Shown: positions 1-10,278 of the stretch, one piece after another
Numbering within the stretch: the first letter of the stretch is position 1
Layout: each line of letters begins with the position of its first letter
Program-made: the position numbers and the translations under genes
The notes under the pieces: generated by a model
Seen by the model: the letters and a program-made list of their open reading frames with translations, nothing else
The model's database searches: none
Told to the model about the DNA's origin: nothing
NCBI GenBank assembly: GCA_029261795.1
Contig: JAJDAP010000064.1
Coordinates: 3,420 to 67,419 of the forward strand
Source: Deltaproteobacteria bacterium
GTDB taxonomy: Bacteria; Myxococcota_A; UBA9160; UBA6930
DNA: 64,000 bases
Reading direction: 5' to 3'

Positions 1-231
1 GCACGAAATCCCGACCCGGAGAGCAAAGGCCCATTCCGCGGTCGCAAGGGAGCCTCAGCGGGCCCCTGGCACAAGGTGCGGCTGAGCAACTGCTGCGCAC
101 CACGCTGAGATCGGCCGAAAGAGGCGAGCCAGCTCGACGCAAGCTAGCTGCGCCGAATCAGGGTTGGCCCTCACATGGCGGTCGCACCGCGACCCCTTGG
201 ACCTTCAAGGTCGTAGCTACGCGCCAGGTCG

Positions 232-1560
232 TCATTCTTCCCCGGGCCGATCCACGACCTCGATCTCGAGGCGGCGGCGCTGCTCGGCGCGGAAGGCTTC
301 GATCTCCAGGCGTCGGCGCTGGATCTGCAGGTCCTGATTCTGGCGGCGGATTCGCTCGAGCTCGGCCACCTGACTGCGATCGCCGACATCCCGGTGGTCG
401 AATTCGAACTCGAACTCCGAATCTCCTCGGCGTCCGTCGCTCGCCAACGCGGTCACGCGTACGCGGTTCGAGCCCTCCTTCACCGGGATGTAACCGGTAA
501 AGGTGCCGTCGGGGTTGAGCTTCACGTCCGTCGACAGGTCGCCGGTGGTGAGATTCGTGAAGATCACGTCCTCGACGTCCGCAAACGTCACGCCGCCCAA
601 CAAAGCGATGATGCCAGCGGGGCGCTGCACCGGCGTGTAGGTCCCGCGAGAGATCCGGGCCATCTCGGTGAGGGCGCGCGGATAGTCGAGCGCGATGGGG
701 CCGAGGGCGTAGGTGTTGATCACGATACCTGCGCGGCGAGCCAGTTCGGCCGCTCGAATCGCGGCCTCCTCGTCGCCAGCGTCGGTCACGCTTCCCTTCC
801 CGATCGGAAAGGTCGGCAAGCCGTCGGACAGGAACAACATCACCTTCTCGCGTCCGGCGTCGCGTGAACTCTGGGCGCCGGTCAACGCCGCCAGCTCCAC
901 CATCGCCACACGCACCCCGGCCGCGTAGTTCGTGGCGCCATGCGCTCCGCGTGCGACGATCGCCCGAATCGTGCGTTCGACGGCCGTGTAGTCGGACGCC
1001 AGCGGGATCTCGACCCGGGCGTCTTCCTGCGTCGCCGTCTTTCGCTCGCCGGTGGTCGGATTCACGTCGCCGGAGAACGAGACGATTCCGACCCGGACGC
1101 GGCGGGGATCCAGATCGCGAAGCAGCGTGAGTGCTGCGGCGGCCTGGGCGTGGAGAATCGAATCCCCCGGGTCCGTGCTCCGCAGGTTCGCGGGAACCGC
1201 GCCCGGGGGCAGCTTGGCCGTGTACTCGTTATGCGGGTTGAGCCCGACCATGCCATCGCCGTCGACGTCCGCGCCGCTCGCCGTGGTCGTGGATTGCGAG
1301 ACATCGATCACCAGCATCACGTCATAGAGCGTGGCGCCCTTGCCGTGCGCCAGCGCGGTTCCGGAGACCCGCGCATGATGCAAGTTGCCCGAGACCGCGA
1401 CGCCGGGCGCCGGCGATTCGATCTGTACGGCAACGCCGCCGGCGGCTTCTGGGGGATTCTGGGCAGCGACCGCGAGCGGCGGCAGCAACAGCAGCGCGGA
1501 TGCAGCTACGAACGCCGCGACCCCCTTGCTAGCGGAGGCCGCGGCAGACGCCACTTCCAT
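232..1560 (-). CDS. VWA domain-containing exported protein
   Basis: Signal-like N-terminus; MIDAS motif DVSQS, later 'TNY' and 'FLSDG'; directly follows the OmpA gene. Confidence 0.8.
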   Translation of the reverse strand: MEVASAAASASKGVAAFVAASALLLLPPLAVAAQNPPEAAGGVAVQIESPAPGVAVSGNLHHARVSGTALAHGKGATLYDVMLVIDVSQSTTTASGADVDGDGMVGLNPHNEYTAKLPPGAVPANLRSTDPGDSILHAQAAAALTLLRDLDPRRVRVGIVSFSGDVNPTTGERKTATQEDARVEIPLASDYTAVERTIRAIVARGAHGATNYAAGVRVAMVELAALTGAQSSRDAGREKVMLFLSDGLPTFPIGKGSVTDAGDEEAAIRAAELARRAGIVINTYALGPIALDYPRALTEMARISRGTYTPVQRPAGIIALLGGVTFADVEDVIFTNLTTGDLSTDVKLNPDGTFTGYIPVKEGSNRVRVTALASDGRRGDSEFEFEFDHRDVGDRSQVAELERIRRQNQDLQIQRRRLEIEAFRAEQRRRLEIEVVDRPGEE

Positions 1561-2238
1561 CTAGTTGCCGCCGCCCTGCATGCCCTCGTCCACCTTGATC
1601 TCGACTTCGACGCGGCGGTTCTGCGCGCGTCCGATTGCCGTCGAGTTGGTGGAGACCGGGAACTGCTCGCCCATGCCGATCGAAGTGATGCGGTACGCGG
1701 CGACACCCTGAGCGATCAGCAGGTTCTTCACGTTGCGCGCACGGTCCTCGGAGAGCTGCAGGTTGCGCGACTCGTCACCCTGGGAATCCGTGTGTCCCTT
1801 GATCAGGACGTTGCTCTCGGGGTAGCGCACCAGCGTACTGCCGAGGCTATTCAGCTTCTGCACGGCGCCAGGCGCGAGCGTGCTCGATCCGGAATCGAAC
1901 AGGAGATCGCCCGGAAGACCCACCACGAGCGTGTCGCCACGTCCTTCGAGGTTGGCGTCCGGGATCGCGTCCTGGATTTCCTTGGCCTGGTTGTCGAGGT
2001 ATCGGCCCGCCGCGCCGCCGGCGAGTCCGCCCACCACGGCACCGATCAAAGCGCCGCGGCCGCGCTTGTTGCTATCGATGGCCGCGCCGGCGGCTGCGCC
2101 GACCACTGTGCCGATGACGGCGTCCCGGGTGGTTCGGTCCTGGAGTGCGGTCTGTGCGGTCTGGCAGCCGGCCAACGCCAGGGTGGCCAGCAAGCCAAGG
2201 GCGGCTCCAGCGGTACGGAGCGGGTTCGACGCGGTCAT
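1561..2238 (-). CDS. OmpA/MotB-family lipoprotein with glycine zipper
   Basis: Lipobox LAGC, Gly-zipper, GHTD...NLQLSEDRA and NRRVE motifs; ATG 2238 with GGAGG RBS. Confidence 0.9.
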   Translation of the reverse strand: MTASNPLRTAGAALGLLATLALAGCQTAQTALQDRTTRDAVIGTVVGAAAGAAIDSNKRGRGALIGAVVGGLAGGAAGRYLDNQAKEIQDAIPDANLEGRGDTLVVGLPGDLLFDSGSSTLAPGAVQKLNSLGSTLVRYPESNVLIKGHTDSQGDESRNLQLSEDRARNVKNLLIAQGVAAYRITSIGMGEQFPVSTNSTAIGRAQNRRVEVEIKVDEGMQGGGN

Positions 2239-2316
2239 ATCAACCTCCTTTGGTCTCGAGCGATGTTTCATTCGGTTTCGGTGTCCTCGGTTGGATGCGC
2301 GCGGACACCGTGAGAT

Positions 2317-3495
2317 TCATTCAGTCGGCGACAGGTCGCCCGGGGATTCGACGACCGCGCTCCCTGGCCGCGGCTCGCCTTCCGCGCTGTCTTCCCTAGG
2401 GGAGCCGGTGCCGTCGATGTTCTCGGGCTGGGTCTCTTCGGGCGCCTCCGGCTCCGAGCCTTCGGCTTCCGGCCCGTCGGCTTCCTGAACTTCCGGCACC
2501 GGGCGCTGTGAATGGGCGTCGACCCGCTGCAGATGGGCGGCGATATCTCGCAGGCCCTCCAGAACGACTTCACCCGCGATCGCGAGGCTCTCCTTCGAGA
2601 CGTGATCGAGATTGTCCTCGGCGGTGCGCCAGAAGTCTCCCGGAGGTTCGCTTCCGCCGTAGCGGATGTCCGAGAGCGCCACGACCTGGCGGAAGCCGTG
2701 TCGGAAGAGGAGCTGATGGCCGCCAGGAACCTGATCGAAACCGGCCTGGGTCGGGAAGGAAGCCGAGTGTCCGAGCCGGGCCGCGGTATGAAAGAATGAA
2801 TCCCGGAAGACGCGATGGGAAACGAGATCGCGACGGATCTCGAGATCCGCATCACCCACCTGGTGCACGTACACGAGCAAGCGTGCGTCGTGCTCGAACA
2901 GATCTGTGGCAGCGAGTTGGATCCCCAGATGCTGGCCGGCCTCGAAGACCTCGCCATCGAGAAAGATCAAGCGCGTCGGATACGCCAGCGGCGCCTGGTT
3001 CAGGGCGCGCGCCAACTCGAGCAGCAGCGCGGAACCGGAGCCGCCCTCGTTGGCTCCGAGCAGTTCGAAGCTCTCTGCGAGCGCGGTATCCAGCGGCGTC
3101 GCGACCGCGAGTTCGCCGACGGCATCGGCGGCAGTACCCGGAATCAGCACCGACAGGTTGACCAGATCGACCGGGTCGGAATCGCTCAGGTCGACCTCGC
3201 CGGTCCGCTCCTCGACCTCGAGGCCCAAGCCTTCGAGATGTGCACGGACGTAGCTGCGCGCTGCAGCCGCTCCTTCGCCTCCCATCACGCGGGGTCCGAG
3301 GGCAACGAGCTGCTCGAGGTGCTCCATGGCCTGGCCAGCATCGAAATCGTCGCCACTGACGACGTCGGGGGGGACGACAGCGGGCGCGTCGGCGGATGCT
3401 CCACCCAATGTGTCGCACGCCATCACGAGCCCGGCGAAAACCACCAGGGCCGCAACCCTATCGAGCCCGACCCGGCGCCTGTTTGCAACGCTCAT
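2317..3495 (-). CDS. M28 peptidase / glutaminyl cyclase-like lipoprotein (metal ligands look degenerate)
   Basis: LGPR..G, GANEGGSG, FLDGE, WRTAEDNLD motifs; lipobox VMAC; start chosen at ATG 3495. Confidence 0.65.
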   Translation of the reverse strand: MSVANRRRVGLDRVAALVVFAGLVMACDTLGGASADAPAVVPPDVVSGDDFDAGQAMEHLEQLVALGPRVMGGEGAAAARSYVRAHLEGLGLEVEERTGEVDLSDSDPVDLVNLSVLIPGTAADAVGELAVATPLDTALAESFELLGANEGGSGSALLLELARALNQAPLAYPTRLIFLDGEVFEAGQHLGIQLAATDLFEHDARLLVYVHQVGDADLEIRRDLVSHRVFRDSFFHTAARLGHSASFPTQAGFDQVPGGHQLLFRHGFRQVVALSDIRYGGSEPPGDFWRTAEDNLDHVSKESLAIAGEVVLEGLRDIAAHLQRVDAHSQRPVPEVQEADGPEAEGSEPEAPEETQPENIDGTGSPREDSAEGEPRPGSAVVESPGDLSPTE

Positions 3496-3773
3496 TCTCC
3501 CTCCCCCCGAAGAGCCGATCGGGGCATACGATAGCCGCTGCCCCGCGGGCAGCTCGATTTCCGACGGAACCGTCGCCCCTGGACTGACACTTTCGGCCCT
3601 CCCCGGCCACATACTGAGCAAGATGCCCCAACCCTGGCGGGGCTTCTCAAGGTGAGAAGACAGGGTCTGCTTCGGCGGGCCCTGTCTTCGTCGCCGACGC
3701 CTCTCCCGTCCGTGCCTCGCCCCATACTCGGCAACTGCAACCGGAAACTGAGAGGTCCCTGGAGTTCTGCGCC

Positions 3774-4819
3774 ATGTCGCGCGTCCTGGGTGCTGCCCTG
3801 CACGGGGTAGATGGTGTTCCGATCGAAGTCGAGGTCCGCCTCTCTTCCCAGCTTCCACGGGTGGATATCGTTGGGCTTCCCGAGGCGGCCGTTCGCGAGA
3901 GCGGGGCGCGCGTTCGGTCGGCGATCGGGGCCGTCGGGCAACCGTTTCCAGATCGGCGGATCACGGTAAATCTTGCCCCCGCGGGGATTCGGAAGTCCGG
4001 CGCAGGGCTGGATCTGCCCATCGCGATCGGAATCCTGGCGGCGGGAGGCGCCATCGAGCCGGAGGCCCTGACGGGACTCGGGCTGGTCGGCGAACTGGCC
4101 CTCGACGGGCGCCTACGCCCGGTCCGGGGTGCCCTTCCCCTGGTCCTCGCCCTGAAGGAAGCCGGCTGCCAGCGGATCATCGCCGCCACCGGCAACGAAG
4201 CCGAGCTGGCGCTCGCGCCGGGACAACCGGTGTTGATCGCAAGCGATCTGGTGCAGGTGCTCGCTGCGTTGATCGCCGGGCACGAGCTTCCGCGCGCAGA
4301 GCTTGCAACCCCAGCGGACATGCCGGCCTCGAACGGACCGGACCTCGCCACCGTGCGCGGCCAGCAAGGCCCGAAGCGAGCGCTCGAAATTGCCGCAGCC
4401 GGTGGACACGGGTTGCTGCTCCGCGGCGCGCCGGGCTCCGGCAAGACACTGCTTGCCCGCGTGCTGCCGAGCCTGCTGCCGCCCCTCTCTCGAGCCGAGG
4501 CACTCGAAACGACCCGTATCTGGAGTGCGGCCGGCAGCCTGGCGCCGCAGACACCGTTCGTTCGAGCCCGCCCCTTCCGCGCGCCCCACCATTCCGCCAC
4601 ACGCGCAGGCTTGTTAGGTGGCGGTACGCCTCCGCGCCCGGGCGAAGTCTCCTTGGCCCACAACGGTGTGCTCTTCCTCGACGAGCTCCCCGAGTTCGAA
4701 CGCGGCGCCCTCGAAGCGCTGCGTCAGATCCTCGAAGACGGCGAGATCGTCCTGGCGCGCGCCGCTACGCGTTTCTCCTTCCCGGCGCGGTTCCAGTGGA
4801 TCGCGGCGGCGAACCCATG
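3774..4819 (+). pseudogene. comM: comM/YifB Mg-chelatase-like ATPase, 5' part, interrupted at attL
   Basis: [52 protein letters not shown]; similarity stops at AANPC. Confidence 0.95.
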
Positions 4820-6349
4820 TTTGTGTGTTGCCTTGTTGCCACGATCTTCTGAGCTCTGCTCAGGGGGTCGTGGCTCGGTTGGTGGGCGTGGGGGCTCGTA
4901 GTAGAGCTGGATCTCGATGTCTCCGTCTCCCACTTCGATTCGCTCTACGATGGTTTCCGCAATCTCTCGCTTCTCCTCGAAAGCGAGTTCTGACCACCTC
5001 CCGTAGAGGTCCTGAGCCTCGCGTACGATCTCGTCGCTCGAGGCCCAGTGGATGCGCATCGCGTCCACCTGGCCTTTGAGTGTGGGGATCTCCTCGTCGA
5101 GTTGGCGACGTCGGGCTGTGAGTGGATCGTTCCGATCTCCGAAGCCGTCGGCGTCGATCCGACCCTTGATATAGAGGTCGTAGACCTGGTCCATCTCGGC
5201 CTGGACGCTGGCGTGTTCCTTCTCCAGGACCCGGATCTGCTCTTCTTTCACCTGAAGATCTGACTCGGTCTCTGCGAGCGCTGCAGCCACATCCTCGGGC
5301 GAAAGGAAGAAGCTGTGGAGTTGTTCTTGGAAGATCGCTTCCAGATCCCCCTCGGGGATCTTGTTGCGGCACTTGCCACAGATGTACTTGGGGCTGTTCG
5401 AAGGCACGTACATCTTCCCGCCGCAGCTGCAGAAAGCGAGCCCCGAGAACAGATGGACGGTTCGCCTCGCTGGCTTCCGGCCCCTGCGCTGCTCCTGGAG
5501 AATTGCGTTGGCTTCGTTCCAGAGTTCCTCTGAGACGATGGGCTCGATCTGATGCCAGACCCAATCCTTCTCGGGCTTGAGGCTCCAGGCCTTGCCGCTG
5601 CCTTCGCTCTTCGTGTAGTTGGCGCGTCTCCAGCCCTTGGCCGTGGGGTCTTCGAGGATGCGGCCGACCGTGCTGTCCGAGAACGGCTTCCCCCGCTTCG
5701 TCCTATATCCCCGCTCGTTCAGGATTCGCGCAACGCGTTTCTTCCGCTTCTCCTTCACGTACAGCTCGTAGATGAGGCGCCGCACCGGCGCTTCATCCTC
5801 GTCCGGGACCAGCTGACGATTCACCCACTGGTACCCGAAGGGCGCGCTTCCACCCAAGGGCTTGCCCAGCTGAGCCCGAATCGGAACGGAGGCCGCGACG
5901 CGCTCGGCGATTTCCTCCCGTTCCCACTCAGCCATCGCCGCGATCAGGGTGTAGAAGAAGCGACCGGCGGGCGTGCTCGTGTCGATGGACTCGTGGAGGC
6001 TGACGAGATCCGCTCCGCATTCGCGAAAGATGTCGGCAAAGTCCAAGAGTTCACGGGTGTTTCGAGCCAACCGAGCCAGCTTCGAGAAGATGAGCGCTTG
6101 GACTCTGCCGGAGTGAATGTCACCGAGCATCCGCTTCGCCTCTGGGTGCTCCATCACGCTCTTTCCGGAAACCCCCGACAGGTCGTAGAGTTCAACGACC
6201 TCCCACTCCTTGATCTGGGCGTAGGCTCGGGCGCGTCGCTCGTGGTGCTCGGGGCTCTCGCCGCGGGCTTGGTCCTCCGTCGAGACACGGATCCAGATCG
6301 CGACTCGCTTTGTATCCGGTTGTCCAGGCATCCTGACCCTTTCTATCAC
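4724..6349 (-). CDS. Large serine recombinase LSR1 (resolvase + recombinase + Zn ribbon/coiled coil); C-terminus reads through attL
   Basis: WIRVST catalytic Ser motif, SG, RLARN, PFGY, CSCG..CGKC, coiled coil; likely ATG at 6331. Confidence 0.95.
   Translation of the reverse strand: MIERVRMPGQPDTKRVAIWIRVSTEDQARGESPEHHERRARAYAQIKEWEVVELYDLSGVSGKSVMEHPEAKRMLGDIHSGRVQALIFSKLARLARNTRELLDFADIFRECGADLVSLHESIDTSTPAGRFFYTLIAAMAEWEREEIAERVAASVPIRAQLGKPLGGSAPFGYQWVNRQLVPDEDEAPVRRLIYELYVKEKRKKRVARILNERGYRTKRGKPFSDSTVGRILEDPTAKGWRRANYTKSEGSGKAWSLKPEKDWVWHQIEPIVSEELWNEANAILQEQRRGRKPARRTVHLFSGLAFCSCGGKMYVPSNSPKYICGKCRNKIPEGDLEAIFQEQLHSFFLSPEDVAAALAETESDLQVKEEQIRVLEKEHASVQAEMDQVYDLYIKGRIDADGFGDRNDPLTARRRQLDEEIPTLKGQVDAMRIHWASSDEIVREAQDLYGRWSELAFEEKREIAETIVERIEVGDGDIEIQLYYEPPRPPTEPRPPEQSSEDRGNKATHKHGFAAAIHWNRAGKEKRVAARARTISPSSRI
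4803..4844. repeat. attL: comM arm + CCATG core + element arm GTTGCCTTGTTGCCA
   Basis: 4827-4841 is the inverted copy (1 mismatch) of TGGCAAGAAGGCAAC found at each attR. Confidence 0.85.
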
Positions 6350-6524
6350 ACGAAGAACTATGACTCTGCAGGACCGCCATCCCCGAGGGAATGGGCTAGA
6401 ACTTCGGACGTGATAAGTCGTAGGCAGCGATGGACGGACGCCCGGCTCTAGGGCGCGTTGTCCAGAATAGTGAGCAGCCCTCCGACATACTTTTCGCTAA
6501 CACTTTAATCGCGAGTAGCCGCTC

Positions 6525-6746
6525 GTGAGCCCGGTGAAGCCGCGAAAGCGCGCTCCGCAGATGGGTCGGCCCCCGCTCCCTCCGGAGGAGCGCCGAGACC
6601 ACCACGTTCGCCTCATGCTCCGCGAAGAGGACTACCGGGCACTTGAGGAAGTCGCCCGGGATCGAGATATCCGCGTCGCGACCGCAGCCTACGAGCTTCT
6701 TCGAGAAGCACTCGACGGGAAGAGCCGACGAGGCCGCCGCCGTTAG
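6525..6746 (+). CDS. Small ribbon-helix-helix/CopG-like DNA-binding protein
   Basis: GRPP..VRLML.EEDYRALEEVA pattern; divergent from LSR1. Confidence 0.55.
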   Translation: MSPVKPRKRAPQMGRPPLPPEERRDHHVRLMLREEDYRALEEVARDRDIRVATAAYELLREALDGKSRRGRRR

Positions 6747-6818
6747 GCCGGCTGGCTGGCCCTGCGAGGCTGGTACCAGCCTCTGAGTTAGCCTCGAATC
6801 GAGGCGACTGGAGGCGAG

Positions 6819-7085
6819 ATGAAGCGAGCGCGTTTCACGGAAGAGCAGATCATCGGGATTCTGAAGGCGGCGGAAGCGGCGGGGAACATTCGGGCCGTGT
6901 GTCAGGAGCACAATCTGTCGGAACAGACGTTCTATCGGTGGCGGCGGAAGTACGGCGGGATGGACGTGTCGGAGGCCCGGAAGCTTCGTGAGCTCGAGCG
7001 CGAGAACTCGGAGCTGAAGAAGATGGTGGCCGAGCTCTCGCTGGACAATCGGATGCTGAAGGAAGTGAACTCAAAAAAATGGTGA
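6819..7085 (+). CDS. IS3 transposase OrfA
   Basis: MKRARFTEEQIIGIL..TFYRWRRKYGG HTH; A-run then TGG at the OrfA/OrfB overlap, consistent with a -1 frameshift. Confidence 0.93.
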   Translation: MKRARFTEEQIIGILKAAEAAGNIRAVCQEHNLSEQTFYRWRRKYGGMDVSEARKLRELERENSELKKMVAELSLDNRMLKEVNSKKW

Positions 7086-7924
7086 GCCTGGCGGAACGAC
7101 GACGCGCGGCGGAGCACCTGGAGCGGACGTTCGCAGTCAGCGAACGGCGGTCTTGCAAGGTGGTCGAGATTGCGCGGAGCACGAAACGTCGCCCGTCAGG
7201 CCGAACCGATGAGTTGGAGTTGGTGGCCGCGATCCATCGGTTGTCGGAGCGCTTTCCGCGCTTCGGTTACCGCAAGATCTTTGATCGGCTGCGGCAGGAG
7301 GGATGGCGTGTGGGGCGGGAGCGTGTGCGCTTGCTGCGGCGGCAAGAGGGGCTGAGGGTCCCGCGAAAGGGCCCGAAACGGCGACGGTGCGGAACCAGCA
7401 CGACCGGTGCCGTCAAGGCGCTGTCCCCGAATCACGTGTGGAGCTACGACTTCGTGGCGGACCAGACGGTCGATGGGCGAACCCTTCGATTCCTGACGGT
7501 CATCGACGAGTACACGCGCCGGGGACTGTGGATCGAATGTGCTCGCCACCTGACTTCGGTCGACGTGATCCGAGTGCTCGAGCAGCTCGTCGAGCTGCAC
7601 GGGGCGCCATCGATCATCAAGAGCGACAACGGGAGCGAGTTCGTCGCGAAGGCGGTCCAGGAGTGGATCCAGAACCGGGGCATCGATGCCCGATTCATCG
7701 ACCCGGGGAGTCCGTGGCAGAACGGTCACAACGAGAGTTTCAACGGCGTCTTCCGAGATGGCTGCTTGAACCGCTGGCTCTTCGAGTCGGTGCGGGAAGC
7801 GCGGGAGGCCTCGGAAGCGTGGTTGCTCGAATACAACGAGGAACGACCCCATGGGTCGCTGGGCGGGCTGACGCCCGTCTCGTTCTTTGAACGAGGGAAG
7901 AATCAGGAAAGGGAAGCGGCCTGA
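7079..7924 (+). CDS. IS3 transposase OrfB (DDE core)
   Basis: WSYDF, DEYTR, SDNGSEF, PWQNGHNESFNG, YNEERPH. Confidence 0.95.
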   Translation: MVSLAERRRAAEHLERTFAVSERRSCKVVEIARSTKRRPSGRTDELELVAAIHRLSERFPRFGYRKIFDRLRQEGWRVGRERVRLLRRQEGLRVPRKGPKRRRCGTSTTGAVKALSPNHVWSYDFVADQTVDGRTLRFLTVIDEYTRRGLWIECARHLTSVDVIRVLEQLVELHGAPSIIKSDNGSEFVAKAVQEWIQNRGIDARFIDPGSPWQNGHNESFNGVFRDGCLNRWLFESVREAREASEAWLLEYNEERPHGSLGGLTPVSFFERGKNQEREAA

Positions 7925-7985
7925 GGGTCAGGCGCAAAACCCTAACCTTGAGGCTGGTACCGAAATCTTGGGCTTGCCACGGCGC

Positions 7986-8195
7986 CTAGCCAGTAAGCAT
8001 GATCGTCGTCCCGCACGTGTCGCATGTATAGTTCTTTGCGCGCTTGCTGAAGAACGTGATGTAGAGCCAGATCACGGCCCAGAATCCAAAGGTCATGACC
8101 GAGAGGATTCCGTGAAGCCAGTGGTTCACGCCGCCCCCTGAGAATACGCTCTGCTCATTGCAACTCGGGCAATGTGACTTCTTCTGGACGCGCAT
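7986..8195 (-). CDS. Small membrane protein with two CxxC pairs
   Basis: CPSC, hydrophobic segment, CDTCG; RBS-like GGAGG upstream. Confidence 0.55.
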   Translation of the reverse strand: MRVQKKSHCPSCNEQSVFSGGGVNHWLHGILSVMTFGFWAVIWLYITFFSKRAKNYTCDTCGTTIMLTG

Positions 8196-8265
8196 CGAAC
8201 ACCCTCCTGTTCTCTAGAGTCTGGCGAGTATATACTTTTAAGTTAGTGATATCTATCTAACTCGC

Positions 8266-9156
8266 TTGATGGGGAACAACATGCCTCGCACACCTCGCCC
8301 TCTCGTCCTTCTCGTCCTAGCTGCTTGCATCATCTTGTCCAACGGCGCCTGTAGCCCGTCGACCCTCTCGCGCGCCGATGCCGAGGCGCTCATCTCCGAG
8401 CTCCCGCACTTCGCCAAACAGGCATCGTCGGTACCTCTTCGAGAGGGAGGCGTTGAAGCGCTCCAGCAGTACGGCTACGCCAACTCGGCGGGGCTACCGC
8501 TCAATCGCGCCGGTGACTTTGCCAAGTCAATCACCTTGGTGCGGGGTAGTCGGGACTATCTCGGACTCGTCGCTCCCATTCCTCCGCCAATCATCAAGGT
8601 GACAGGTATCCAGGGCGAAGAAGGCGCGACGGACTTGAGCGTAGAGTTCGACTGGACCTGGGAGGACGGCATTGAACTCCCCCTCTCGCTCTTCGTCTCT
8701 CGGGGAGGAACCGGACGAGCCGTCATCACGCGATACGACGACGGATTTCGGCTGACCGACTCTTCCATTGAGATCGACCCGGAGGGGATTGAAATCTCAG
8801 AACGCGCCGCAGAGGAGGCGTCCGTACTCAGCGCCCGCGCGAAAGAGCGACTCCGAGAGGCTCACACTCCAACGACAACTCTCATCGATCGAACACCGCG
8901 GCTCGTTGTCTCGGACACCGGAGTGAGTGGCAGTTCGCAATGGCAGGGCCATGTGAACATCTCGTACGGGGAGATCAGCAGTTTCTCGGCTGAACCGGTA
9001 TTTCAACGAATCAACATCTTTCGCTACGGGGCCGATGTCGGAGTGATGATCGCGGGAATCCCGGATGCCAAAGCGGTTGTCGCCACCGCCCAGGAGCAAC
9101 GCTCAAAGTGGCGCGAGCGCTTCTCGGACCTACTGCTAGTCGGAGAGAAACCCTAG
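8266..9156 (+). CDS. Hypothetical lipoprotein
   Basis: Hydrophobic N-terminus with Cys; 296-aa ORF after an AT-rich intergenic region. Confidence 0.6.
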   Translation: MMGNNMPRTPRPLVLLVLAACIILSNGACSPSTLSRADAEALISELPHFAKQASSVPLREGGVEALQQYGYANSAGLPLNRAGDFAKSITLVRGSRDYLGLVAPIPPPIIKVTGIQGEEGATDLSVEFDWTWEDGIELPLSLFVSRGGTGRAVITRYDDGFRLTDSSIEIDPEGIEISERAAEEASVLSARAKERLREAHTPTTTLIDRTPRLVVSDTGVSGSSQWQGHVNISYGEISSFSAEPVFQRINIFRYGADVGVMIAGIPDAKAVVATAQEQRSKWRERFSDLLLVGEKP

Positions 9157-9230
9157 CTGCTCAGACATAGTGCGGTTCGGATCGTCCGCGCGCTCCCCGG
9201 TCAGAGACGGAGGATCTCCACGTAGGCAAC

Positions 9231-9266
9231 AAAAAGGGGGGATCCGGACCATCCGAATCCCCCCCC
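9231..9266 (-). terminator. Rho-independent terminator
   Basis: GGGGGGATCCGGA/TCCGAATCCCCCC stem followed by T5 on the minus strand, downstream of the 9393-10625 genes. Confidence 0.55.
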
Positions 9267-9392
9267 GAGGGCCCTGGGATACGCGATCCCGGTCCCGTTG
9301 GGATGCACGCATCCCCTGTGGGCCCCCTCCCGACGCAGCCCCACCCCTGGTTTATGCGCCGGGTAACCGAAGAACGATTGGCGGTGAGCGAC

Positions 9393-9746
9393 TCAGTACT
9401 CTTCGCTGAGCATCACCGTCAGCACACGCGTTGTGACCGCGGGGTTGCTCGGGTCCGGCGAGCCGAACTCGAGATCGCGGTCGTAGTAGTCGATCTTCCA
9501 GAAGAGCTTGTGCTCTCGGACGACCACAGCTCCGAAGTCGTGCTCCCCGTGCGGATCGTTTCCCTCGTTGAAGTCACGGAATCCCGAAACTTCCTGGAAA
9601 GCCTCAGCAACGAACTCGTCGCCGAGGCCCGCGACCCCGCGTGTCGTCAGGATCCGTCCACCTCTTCCACTTTTTCGAAACGAGTCGTTGAGATCTCGTG
9701 TTCGGATTGTCTTGTCCAACTCTTCTCTCCCCGTGTCCCAGATCAT
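9393..9746 (-). CDS. DUF3768-like protein
   Basis: NDPHGEHDFG, FWKIDYYD, SPDPS...RVLTVML.EEY. Confidence 0.8.
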   Translation of the reverse strand: MIWDTGREELDKTIRTRDLNDSFRKSGRGGRILTTRGVAGLGDEFVAEAFQEVSGFRDFNEGNDPHGEHDFGAVVVREHKLFWKIDYYDRDLEFGSPDPSNPAVTTRVLTVMLSEEY

Positions 9747-9783
9747 TGGTTGATCGGGGAATTCGAGGAGCGACGAGTTCGAA

Positions 9784-10278
9784 CTAGAGATGGGCCCTGT
9801 AGTAAGTGAACGCGAGCGCGGCGGCCTCGAAGATTCGCATTCGGCGGTCGTCACCCATCCAGGGCTTCCGCTTTCTCGGTAGCCGCGGCCGGAGTTCGGG
9901 CAGCTCTTCCGCAATGGCACTAGCGATCCCGTGCCGTGTCGAAGCTTCAAACGATTCGAAGCCACTCCGAACGGAGGAATCCTCTACCCGCTGAACCTTC
10001 ACACCCGAACTGCGAGCGAGGAGTGCAAAGAGCCGAAGCCTTCTGGCTGCCATTGCCGATCGACGTGCGTCGACCTCTGACGGGAGCACAAGGACTGCAG
10101 GGCGGTAGAAATGAAGAAGGTCCCGGAGTTCCGCAAGAAATGAGCGCTTCTTGCGTGGACCGAAGCCCCGTGTGCCCCAATCGATGGGGGACGCGGGCCC
10201 TTCGGCGACAAAGAATCCCCACCCGGAGCCGGTTGCCGAGATCGCCAGGACTCGGACGCCTGGTCCTGGACTACTCAT
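9784..10278 (-). CDS. RuvC/RNase H-fold-like protein
   Basis: RVLAI.....G.G N-terminal strand and final 'FEAAALA' helix; acidic catalytic residues not obvious. Confidence 0.45.
   Translation of the reverse strand: MSSPGPGVRVLAISATGSGWGFFVAEGPASPIDWGTRGFGPRKKRSFLAELRDLLHFYRPAVLVLPSEVDARRSAMAARRLRLFALLARSSGVKVQRVEDSSVRSGFESFEASTRHGIASAIAEELPELRPRLPRKRKPWMGDDRRMRIFEAAALAFTYYRAHL

Larger units (their letters stand above)
6753..7979 (+). mobile_element. IS3-family insertion sequence, apparently complete
   Basis: Imperfect IRs (TGGC...GGTACCAGCCTC at both ends); 4-bp target duplication CGGC at 6749-6752 and 7980-7983. Confidence 0.92.

Noticed and set aside
1-170. Possible structured RNA with GNRA-like loops
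   Set aside because: Stems short and imperfect, truncated by the window edge, no family motif
4820-4901. Apparent C-terminus of a complete 375-aa ComM
   Set aside because: Read-through into element DNA past attL; the real 3' halves are at 47094 and 58357
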